64,000 bases of DNA, from NCBI GenBank assembly GCA_964187785.1, contig OZ076411.1:8990001-9054000 (forward strand), given 5' to 3'. Shown here piece by piece: positions 50,501-58,723 of this stretch. The notes below the pieces were generated by a model. That model was not told where the DNA came from. It made no database searches and saw nothing but the letters and a program-made list of their open reading frames with translations. Numbering within the stretch: position 1 is the stretch's first letter; every line of letters begins with the position of its first letter. Source of the DNA: Amphiscolops sp. MND2022. Lineage: Eukaryota. The translations under genes and the position numbers were made by a program.

Positions 50501-53500
50501 ACAAACTCTAATTGCTGTCACTTTGTGTTGATTAGATGCTATTAGATTTGTATATCATTAGTAAGATTGAGATTGTGATGTGAAGACGACTACATGAGAT
50601 TACAGTTTTCTCTTTAACTAAATATCTGTTTTAACGGTAGAACACTCGATTACAACAAAAGTCATCAACGCGAGCCATCGCCACTTTTTAGTCGGCGCTT
50701 CATGAAGTGAAATGCGGCGATAATAGTGACTCTTTTTTTTAAATCCACACGAACTGACCAAAATAGTTGTTAAAAGTTCTACGAAATTGTATGGTGTCAA
50801 ATTGAAGCATTTGGCCCAGGGACCTGAACCAAAAAAGTAGTTCCTTTTTTTCCGCGTAACATACAATACCTGGCGAGACAAAAGGGTCCCCCTTTCAGTT
50901 TTTTTGATGTTCTGCGACAGAATGGATGTTGAAAAAGCCCAAAGGGCACGCCAATTTGGTCCAACTTTTGGGTTTTTGGGGTACTGTAAAAGAATACTTG
51001 ACACTTTGAAGTCCTTTTGCAGTTTTTGAGCCTTAGATATGGCGCCTACTGATGCTTTTTTTGGCTTGTTTACTAGAACTTCAAAATTGTTTCCCAAATT
51101 ATGTAAGTTTGTTCATGTTCAGGATTAACTAAATTGATACTCTTTTTTATTCTTCTCGATGTTTTGATCATAATGAACATACTGATTTGTATAACATTTA
51201 ATAAATAAACTACTTCTTCAGAACGGTTTAGTACCATTTCTTCATGATCAATTCATAGCACCATCGATTAACTTCACAATATTTCAAGTGACAAGATATC
51301 GGATTACACGATTCCTTTCAAAATACAATCTAGATGATAAATGCTTTTTCTTCTTCTGAAACGCTTCCCGCGCCTTTTTATGCCTCTTTCGTTAAAACTT
51401 GTAACCATGCCAGAAGTGGCACGTCGTTCCACCATGTTTCAAACAAGTATCTACAGTATTATAAGCCCTGAGAACGCGTTTCGAACGCCGATTACGTTAT
51501 CATAATTTTCAAACCCATTTTTGAATGCTTATTGTTCGGTCACTACATTTGGTACTTCGACTTCAATTGCTTTCTGTCAAAAAGTTATCGCATGATTGAT
51601 CTCTCAACTCACCATTGTTTGGCCTTAAGCAAGTCCTTCATTCCTAGCTTAGTGGTATGGCCAGTGACAGAAAATATTGCAATTGTGGAGGAGAAAAGCA
51701 AAACAAAAAGAGCAACGGTGAGCAGTCAGACCTTTGTGACCTTGAGCAAGTCACTTTGAAACCACAGCTTCAAGTCCACCATCGCTTGACTACTTGGCTG
51801 CAAATATGGTACCATAGCTTGCTATGGGGAGATAGTATCCGAAAGGGCGCCGACTCAGAAAAGCAGAACTGCTTTTTCGGCGTCCACCCGAATTGCGGAA
51901 ATTGCCATTGAATGGTTTGGAACTCACCGAGTCGTTTCATGATGGCGAGTGACGTAGTTTCAGCAGTGGCCAACTTTGCAGCAGTGCTATTGCTCAAAGC
52001 AGAATCACACTCCTTTCTCAAATTGCGCAATTCTTCACTCAGTCTGTCGTTTTCATCATGTAGACTCTGATACCTGAAGGAGAACAAACATTTTTTTACT
52101 TTTATGTGAGAATTTTTGTGTGAAGTCTAGAATGAATTCGTTCAAGAAATAGTTTTTTTTTAAATTAGTAAAGTATGTTGGAAAGATCCACACTCAAGGA
52201 ATTTTTCGGCGAGTAATTGATTCAACAGGAGTTTCCATAATTTTCTCAACTTCATAATCCTTGAGTCGTCAAGACATTTCCGAAATTTTAGTCACAAATT
52301 TTGCAACTTTTAAAGATGTGAATTATACTCATACTTTTTGACATACATATGTCTCAATGAATCTTAGTGAAGTTTTAGATTGATTTGGCACTGTCCATTC
52401 ATAACCACAGCAAAAAAGGTTGAAACTTATAAAGTGAATCTATTAAACTAAAACTATCGAAAACCCCATGTGGTAGAGCGCTTGCTCTAGCCTAACTCAA
52501 CCACACTGTTACCGGTTGTTAGTAAATACAACCGTAGAAAAGAGAATTCAGCAAAAGATCATTTGCCACATGGTCTTCTAAAATTAGCAGTTGCTAGAAT
52601 TCACGATACTATATTCATCATTGTTTTCAATTAGCGATAGCACCAGCATTGGTCTATTAGTTTGCTCGAGCCCTTTAACACCCCAATCAAAGATATTACC
52701 AGAAAATTCAAGGCAAGAAAATTCAACACTCTTACAATCAGTTTTCAGTGACTTCTCGGCATAACTTAATCATTTCACATTTCACAAACTTGGGATGATT
52801 TCTCACCTGGATTCTCTTTCAGTCTTCTGTTGAATCACTTCCTTGTTTTCACGCAGTTTCCTCTCCGCTTCCAGCAGTTTCGTTTTCAGAACTATGATCT
52901 CATTCGCTTGTTGTTCCTTCACTTTCTCCAACTTGCAGACATTTTCTTCCAGCAACGCCTGAGTTCTGCTTGTGTTTGCACTGTTCACACAGCCAGACGT
53001 GCTTCCGTTCAGCTGAATCACATGCATCACCATATTTTCGATTGTACGCAAAATGAATGTGAATTGAACAGAATTTTCAATGTTTTCAATCTCTATTGTT
53101 TTTAATAAATTTTTAATGAAGCACCGAAGATTCAGCATTCAGACTGAAAATGGGAAGGTGTTTCGTTTCTACATTGATTTCCAACGTGTCAAAACATCCA
53201 TAGGCTTATCACAAGTAGAATTGCACGGTTTTATAGAGAAGAGATTCAGATAGTATATTTTGACTCAGAAATCAATCACATTCGTCCATTGTATGGACAA
53301 TAAGGTTTGGATATGTTACATGTTTATATTATAATAAATATGACAGGTTGCTGCATTATATCGAAATTTCTGAAGACTTCTTCATTTTTTGTAATTATTC
53401 CGTATGTGAAGGTATCGCGTCTGTGCTTAACTGTTCAAATACTTATTTTTAAAAAAACTATATGACAAGGTTGGACATTTTGAAATTTCGAAAAAATCAG

Positions 53501-54493
53501 ACATTTTTTGCAAAAATTTTTCAAGCTTCTTACATTTCAGACAGAACTTGTCAGTTTCTCGCACATCAGACATTTCTTCAAAACGAAAAGCTTCTTGCAA
53601 GATTTTGCAAGACAAGGCATTGCTCTGACAAATCTTACAAGAATCATGCAAAAAGCGTCGCCAGAGATGTTCTTGAAAATGTGTGTTATGTACATAAAAT
53701 TGACTAGTTTTTCCTGAAGAAACTTGAAAGATTTTAGCAAAAAGTGTCTGAATTTTTGATTTCCGAAAGATAATAGCAGAAAATGTTTTACCCTATTTTC
53801 AAAAATCCAGTTTGAAAATCCAGTATCAAGATATTAGTGTTAATTCATTACTCTAATCTGTCAAAACAATTGATCCTAAAATGGATTTTTTTCTTTAAAT
53901 CGACTAATTAGCTCAGTGGTAAAAGAAAGAAGTATTTTTTTCTATTCGCGAGGTCGACACAAAAGATAAGAAACGGAAACGAAGACTTGATAAAATAATT
54001 TCCGCAAGTTCCAAACTTACCCGAGGTGTTATTGGGTTCTGGAAAGTGTACCCGGACCCCTGTTTGACCGGAACCGAATCATCAGTGGGCGGTTTAGTCG
54101 TCTGGGTAACTTCTCCCCCTAGTCCATTTTCCTCTCCCGGAAGTTGGGCGAAACTCTCAGTCAGACTCCCGTTTAGAACATCAAGTCCATTAACCACGGA
54201 TGGCAGCGAAGACAGGTGTGAAAACTTTTTGAGAATCTCTTCAATTGACTCATCATGTTTTCCATTGGTCTTTTCTTCGACTGGTTTGCTGGCATCGTCA
54301 TTTATGGAAGATTTGCTGGAAACTTGTTCACTCACGGGGTCGCTTTCTGAGATACGCTCTGAGTTTCGGCCGCCAGGGGGCGTAGTGACTATTCGGGGAG
54401 AGTGGGAATTGTTTCTATCCCATTTAACTTCTCCAGAGGCACTTATCGAGATGCCGTTATGTTTGCTCCATGGGATTTCCAGGGCCTTCATTT
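26474..54493 (-). CDS. Host gene: coiled-coil protein with a single C-terminal CAP-Gly domain (15 coding exons in window, ~926 aa from ATG 54491; further upstream exons possible)
   Basis: GT-AG exons with compatible phases: 54493-54021, 53012-52807, 52073-51928, 50397-50160, 49595-49327, 48864-48751, 46064-45914, 44956-44823, 44088-43815, 33764-33592, 30612-30463, 29066-28901, 27890-27715, 26920-26875, 26540-26474. Total 2781 nt from ATG; CAP-Gly GDRVKF...IKYVG...YLGVEL...EGKHDG...RYFTC...GVFV. Confidence 0.8.
26875..26920 (-). CDS. Host gene exon with the GKHDG motif
   Basis: ttttag|...EGKHDGTFQDHRYFT...|gtaaga. Confidence 0.88.
27715..27890 (-). CDS. Host gene exon, CAP-Gly N-terminal half
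   Basis: tttcag|...GDRVKFSRSGGKISQGIIKYVGKLPSRTDYYLGVELLDA|gtaagt. Confidence 0.9.
28293..28607. mobile_element. MITE with CCCTR...YAGGG termini
   Basis: Imperfect TIRs CCCTAG..TGCTTGAACTTTTT / AAAAAGTTCAAGCA..CCAGGG. Confidence 0.55.
28901..29066 (-). CDS. Host gene exon (Ser-rich)
   Basis: ctctcag acceptor, phase 1 to 2; weak donor gttgat chosen because it matches the next exon's phase. Confidence 0.6.
29454..30323. mobile_element. MITE-like element rich in TCTTGCAAGA palindromes
   Basis: TIRs CCCTAGGTTGAAAAAAA / TTTCTTCCAAACTAGGG; clustered CTTGCAAG near both ends. Confidence 0.65.
30463..30612 (-). CDS. Host gene exon
   Basis: tttgtag|...EDKENRVESWRNSL...|gtaaga, phase 1-1. Confidence 0.72.
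30738..31586. mobile_element. Foldback-like element with inverted arrays of 15-bp repeats
   Basis: GGGAATAAGAT (30738) / ATCTTATTCCC (31576); 7 x GAAATTTCGTCGTCR at 30766-30880 and 8 reverse-complement copies at 31429-31551. Confidence 0.8.
32046..32371. mobile_element. Small MITE with ~20-bp TIRs
   Basis: CCTGACTAAGTGTGGTCCC (32100) vs GGGACCACACTTAGTCGGG (32349), 18/19 complementary; a degenerate extra TIR copy at 32046. Confidence 0.65.
32541..32863. mobile_element. MITE (TA-flanked) rich in TCTTGCAAGA palindromes
   Basis: TA|CCCTG...CAGGG|TA; about 8 CTTGCAAG copies; similar fragment at ~53580-53660. Confidence 0.72.
33394..33549. mobile_element. Short TA-flanked MITE
   Basis: TGCGTGCATGCCTGCAACATGTAAAA and its reverse complement (3-nt indel) at the two ends. 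Confidence 0.65.
33592..33764 (-). CDS. Host gene exon (R/D/S-rich)
   Basis: ttgtag|T GAC GCA...GAT CAA G|gtcagt; phase 2 to 1 bridges both neighbours. Confidence 0.72.
34146..43010 (+). mobile_element. Old, heavily degraded Gypsy LTR retrotransposon inside the host intron (antisense to host)
   Basis: Diverged direct repeats at ~34146-34690 and ~42357-43010; PPT GGGGGAGGG at ~42345; gag-like MPEYLTRKSYFEEYL (35757 ORF); CCHC knuckles 36838-36918; protease-region DCLLGLDF; RT remnants (MPMGLTN, HLEDCIIF at ~38380). Confidence 0.72.
41505..41546. repeat. 3 x 14-bp tandem repeat ATTTCAGTACAAGG
   Basis: Directly visible. Confidence 0.85.
43685..43758 (+). mobile_element. tRNA-derived SINE head or tRNA pseudogene
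   Basis: A box TGGCTCAGTTGG (43692) and B box GGTTCGAACCC (43737); acceptor and anticodon stems do not pair. Confidence 0.55.
43815..44088 (-). CDS. Host gene exon
   Basis: caacatag acceptor, ...LLRPKTPPTIEKIIRG..., donor gttaga; phase 1 to 2. Confidence 0.65.
44823..44956 (-). CDS. Host gene exon
   Basis: Poly-T-tag acceptor, only one open frame (WRESVRSEAIGKLKK...), donor gtaagt; phase 2 to 1. Confidence 0.68.
45455..45888 (+). mobile_element. Non-autonomous repeat family copy A (Helitron/Helentron-like)
   Basis: Starts CTAG; GTCGGCGC at 45484 and GCGCCAAC at 45877; shares AAAGGGGACCCTTT and 5' sequence with copies B and C. Confidence 0.5.
45914..46064 (-). CDS. Host gene exon (coiled coil, EKDKALNELEELRSHL)
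   Basis: tttccag acceptor; donor gttagc inferred from phase, alternatives exist. Confidence 0.6.
46160..46343. mobile_element. Tc1/mariner-type MITE
   Basis: Perfect TIR CAGTCGAACTCGGATAAAAGAAAC, flanked by TA on both sides. Confidence 0.9.
46992..47194. mobile_element. MITE with ~24-bp imperfect TIRs
   Basis: AGGATCTTTCCTGTTAATTACCCCC / GGGGGAATTAACAGCAACGATCCT. Confidence 0.6.
48061..48548 (+). mobile_element. Non-autonomous repeat family copy B
   Basis: CTAG start, subterminal inverted GTCGGCGC (48085) / GCGCCGAC (48537); highly similar to the reverse complement of 50688-51076. Confidence 0.7.
48751..48864 (-). CDS. Host gene exon
   Basis: acttag|AG GAG GAA...IFDETDREIESMMRYL...|gtgaca, phase 1-1. 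Confidence 0.65.
49327..49595 (-). CDS. Host gene exon (coiled coil)
   Basis: tttcaaag acceptor, LRFLRDRLSELRNKNENLQRKY, donor gtaagt. Confidence 0.78.
50160..50397 (-). CDS. Host gene exon (coiled coil)
   Basis: ttgttcag acceptor, LEGELRETRKQYESAKHEVKQKSRECELLRRDNEKFRKKLE, donor gtaagt. Confidence 0.8.
50688..51076 (-). mobile_element. Non-autonomous repeat family copy C (inverted relative to B)
   Basis: Long matching blocks with copy B, e.g. GTAGAACTTTTAACAACTATTTTGGTCAGTTCGTGTGGATTT. Confidence 0.7.
51928..52073 (-). CDS. Host gene exon (coiled coil)
   Basis: ccttcag acceptor, YQSLHDENDRLSEELRNLRKEC, donor gtgagt. Confidence 0.8.
52807..53012 (-). CDS. Host gene exon (coiled coil)
   Basis: gattcag acceptor, LLEENVCKLEKVKEQQANEIIVLKTKLLEAERKLRE, donor gtgaga. 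Confidence 0.78.
54021..54493 (-). CDS. Host gene most upstream coding exon in window (S/E-rich)
   Basis: attcag acceptor then AA ATG; open to donor gtaagt at 54020. Confidence 0.72.
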
Positions 54494-55429
54494 CTGAATA
54501 GTAATTACAAGTAGTTATAATTATAACATACAGCAGATCGTACATGTATAAGTATGAAAATCATGTACTTGATGGTGATAAGGTTTTTTTCAATTTATTC
54601 TAGTAACTTTCGCACTTCACAAAACTAAGATATTTTGCGGCATTTATAACTGCATTTATATAAGTCAAAATAGTGAATAGAATAAAGTTCAGTTTATCTA
54701 AGCTACTGATAATTATAATGGGCGCCCCTTAGGAGATCCAGAATTGTTTTTAGAAATAATTTTTGAGAGGAAAGTTTGTTCCGTGAATTATTGCATTTAT
54801 TCAAAAATTTCAGGCAAAACAATTTTAACACGTACGTGTGCCGGAAAAGTTTTAGGCGGAAAAATTTGAAGACTTTAACTAAAACCCCCATTTCCCGCTA
54901 GTGTAATTATATTTTGCGACAAAAAATTCAAGCTTGAACCAGATTCTAATTACAAAATAATTCATTATGAAATTCATGACGCAATCTTATAAGCAGCCTC
55001 ATAAAATTGAATCGAAGCAGTGAAATATTATTGCATGAATGTCATGCCAGCATGATGGAAATATAATCTACTAAATATCTGTAATGTAAATAATATGTCT
55101 TATGTACTTAGATATGGGCAATATGATGTCATATAATAAGATTTATGGTTGTGAGCAACCCTACGTTACTTGTACCTAACCCCCTATTCCCCCATTGAGA
55201 GTTTGAGCTATTTACTTATCTAATACTGAGCATTCTAGTTCCGTTTGCCCGCAATTCATGATCGTGCTAATAAGCAATTGATGCTATTGTATATTTAATG
55301 GCTTGTCACGAGAAAAGAAAGTAGTTTCTCGGTCAAACTGGACCGCCATAACGAATAGACAAGATGGATACTCGCTAGGGAACTCCTGCCTCAGAGGAAA
55401 CTAGCGTGACAAGCCTCCTCTCTTTGAAA

Positions 55430-56370
55430 TACATGAAACGATGAAATAACGATGCTATTAGTGCTAGAACTCGTGATTTGATTCAATCTAACTAGTTTCA
55501 TCCATATTACATCGCTCAAACATGACCAGAACACCAAAAAACGAGAGAATTGAAAAGACGATGTAAAAGCGATGAAGCTACTTGATTGAATACTTGTGAC
55601 CACATGTTTCATCGTTTATGCATCACTTACGCTTCTAAGTCCTGAAGAACAGTGCTAAACCAACGAACGATGGAAAAGCGATGGAAATCTTTCATCGTTT
55701 TCTCATCTACAGCTCAAATCACGCTTCCAAGACCCGACTACAGTGCTAAACGGCGAACGATGGAAAAGCGATGGAAATCTTTCATCGCTTTCCCATCTAT
55801 AACTAAAAAACACCTTTTAACGATGATAAAGTGATGTAACTACTCCAGAATTATATTCAGTGCTCTCCCCATAACTCAATTCATCGTTTTCACATCTAGT
55901 TGATCAATTCAACACTAGAGCGGAACTCATTCATCAACATTTCATCCACTACCATACTAACGTGGTCAACTAGTGAAAGCGATGGGAAAACGACAAAACT
56001 TGTTATAGTTTGCATTTTAATCAGTTCAACGATGAATAAACGACAAAACTTGTCATAATTTGCCTTTTATCGATTCAGTGCTAGCAAATTGTCATTTATA
56101 CATCCCCATGCCTCCGAATTTGTATTCTATCCATTTTAGACACTGACTTAGCGCAATTGCAGTAACTATCATGACTCAGAGAGCGCTTGCTGACATTAGT
56201 TCATTATAAATTCATGATAATTGATTTGAATTGTGTTATTGCGCAATTGCTAATTGGTAGCCCTCTTGCGGCATGCAAAACAACCGGTCACGTGACCAAG
56301 TGCTAATTTGCACTCACCCGACATCCAATGAGAAGGAAGCGATGGTCAGAATTGCGTCTTACCATCGATC
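55430..56370. repeat. Array of CGATG-N6-CGATG motifs and inverted partners; includes a ~91-bp direct duplication (55651/55742)
   Basis: Pairs at 55439/50, 55559/70, 55668/79, 55758/69, 55821/32, 55980/91 and 56030/41. Confidence 0.8.
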
Positions 56371-56520
56371 TGGTGAGAAGGCTACCAACTAAGTCACACG
56401 ATTTGCTATACCAGTACGATACGCTTACATTCTCTGTTAGTTCTACAATACGTATATAATTGCCTTAGTCTTACTACATACTCTCATAATTCAACTCTTA
56501 TCCGACATGCCTGCTTTTCA

Positions 56521-58011
56521 TTGCTCATGAGTATCGAATCCGCTAAAATACTTAGAAACGGAAAGGTATTATCTAATTCTTTACCGGAAACTTCCTCGAT
56601 CGACGCGAATAATATTCCCAATCTTAACATGGAATCCTCAAATAATTTCTCAGAAGAGACAAACCAATCGGGTAGGAATTCGCCGACGAACGATGATCAT
56701 ACTCAAACGGCGAACGAAGAAAGATTTAATCGTCTACAAGACGAAATGTCGATACTGAAGTCTCTTATGGAAAAGATCATAAGTCAGAACGAAGAACGAA
56801 ACAAGCAAAACGGTGGTTCCTTTGCGACGTCGTCTTACGCCGTAGGGACCTCCAACATGGTGACAGGAGTCAACAGGACTCACAGAAATCAACGACATCA
56901 TTTCCAAGACGAAGAAGACGAAGACGACTACGAAGACGCACCCAGCAACACTACGGAATCTGCACTGCTCAACGCCATCCAGGATCTGCCTCGAAAATTG
57001 CAGAAAACCAACACAAAACTTCTTCAAACTCACGTGCCAAATTTCCGCGGATCAAAAGACAATTACAACGAGTTCGAACACTTACTACTCAATCATTTCC
57101 GCCCCATCGCCAATAAAATCACGGAAGAAGATAAAATCCACTTCTTCCAGAGCTTACTTCGAGACGAGGCCATCGATTTTTGGCAAACTATCACTATAAG
57201 CTCAACAACGACACTGCAAGATGTCCTCCAACTATTCCGAAAAGAATTTGCAAAAGAAGACATGAGGGAAGTTGCCAGATACAAATGGAACGAAGCCAAA
57301 TACGACCCAACCACTCAATCATTCGGAGACTTTCTAAAAGACCTTAAGAAAATCGCCAAACAAGCCTATGGCGACGAAGCTGATAAATGTATCAAGATGT
57401 TCCTCTTCGGGAAATTACCCGTAGACATCCAACAAGAGCTGACAATGGCTAATAAAGAAGACAGCAGCCCTGAAGAGATAAAAACATACCTCCTCCGAAA
57501 ATACCAGTACCAAAACGTTATACAACAATCAACCTCGACATACCAGCCGTTCAACCAGATGTCCGATAACAACACCAAAAAAGAATTCACCCGATCTGAC
57601 CAATCCCAACCCAAAACCGAGACCAAACGATTCGAAGGCAAATGTTTCTACTGCGGGAAACAGGGACATAGAAAACAAGAATGCCGAGGAAGACAACGAG
57701 ATGAGGCTAATGGCACAACCAAACCAGACGCCATACAACCAGCCAAACGACAAGAAGACGACAAACCGAAATACAATCCAAAACTCGTTTGTCAGATTTG
57801 CGGATACACCGGACATTCCGCTAGAGATTGCCGAAAATGAGTTCCCAAACAAACCAGCACTCCATATGGACAACTCCCATACAAACGAACTGACGACCAG
57901 GAAAACAAAGAAAGACGACGTGAATTAAAACAACAACAACGCCCAATGAACCAACTGGAAATCCAAGATGACAACGCAGACCTGTCCTCAGAAGAACAGG
58001 ATTTTCAGTAA
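56521..58011 (+). CDS. gag: Gag with two CCHC knuckles; premature TGA at 57838-57840, natural stop inferred at 58009-58011
   Basis: THVPNFRGSKDNYNEFEHLL, HFFQSLLRDEAIDFW, CFYCGKQGHRKQEC, CQICGYTGHSARDC; the frame stays open after the TGA to GAT TTT CAG TAA. Confidence 0.9.
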
Positions 58012-58712
58012 AGCCACAATTTCACTCCGCGAACAACCAACGTGCGCACCCATACTCTGACTCAACAACTCACTCTACTCGACAAACTCAACACAATCGT
58101 CATCAGAGGTCTTGGCAGCCCTCTGGTGATTCCCGCAAAGCAGACGAAGTCTATCTGCGAAGACACAGACAACCGATGAAGTCGATGAAAACCAACAACA
58201 GGTTCACTCCATTGGAAAATTCACACGATGAGCAAACGATGAACTGGCATAACGACGCATTGAGGCCTGCGCACGATGCCAAAGAGATGTCCCCACATCT
58301 ACAATCAACAGACCGACTCTCAACCGATGACAAATCGACAAAACGAATTAGTAGTAAAACACATGCAAACGACAAGAATAGTATTCCAAAAACTAAAAAG
58401 CATGCAACCAATAACCAATTTCACGTGCTTAGTCCCACTTTACATTTAAATAAAAAGGATAAGATGTTGTTTGTCCCCCTCCAGTTTAACAATTACGAGA
58501 ACCAAGGTCTTTTAGACACCGGAGCAGTGCAAAGCGCACTCTCAGAAGCAGAATTACGCAAAATCACCGCTGCTCATTCTGAACCAGTGCTAGACGAACT
58601 ACCACCCCCTAACTTTAAAGTTCAGATAGCCAACGGCAATCTAGTCCCGATTCGAAAACAAGTTCTTTTGCGCTTTTTCATAGCAGGAAAATCTTTGAAG
58701 AAGTCTTTTTAG
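57999..58712 (+). CDS. pro: Aspartic protease region in the -1 frame
   Basis: Frame open from slippery GGATTTT (57999-58005); active site LLDTGA; apparent 1-nt loss at ~58690 separates it from pol. Confidence 0.85.
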   Translation, partial: GFSVKPQFHSANNQRAHPYSDSTTHSTRQTQHNRHQRSWQPSGDSRKADEVYLRRHRQPMKSMKTNNRFTPLENSHDEQTMNWHNDALRPAHDAKEMSPHLQSTDRLSTDDKSTKRISSKTHANDKNSIPKTKKHATNNQFHVLSPTLHLNKKDKMLFVPLQFNNYENQGLLDTGAVQSALSEAELRKITAAHSEPVLDELPPPNFKVQIANGNLVPIRKQVLLRFFIAGKSLKKSF

Positions 58713-58723
58713 TCCTCCCCACG

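Noticed and set aside
50618-51097. 159-aa minus-strand ORF
   Set aside because: Lies entirely within repeat copy C; a similar peptide appears in copy B (48166-48450) and no domain was recognised.
52468-52490. tRNA D-arm-like GGTAGAGCGCTTG
   Set aside because: No B box or cloverleaf follows.
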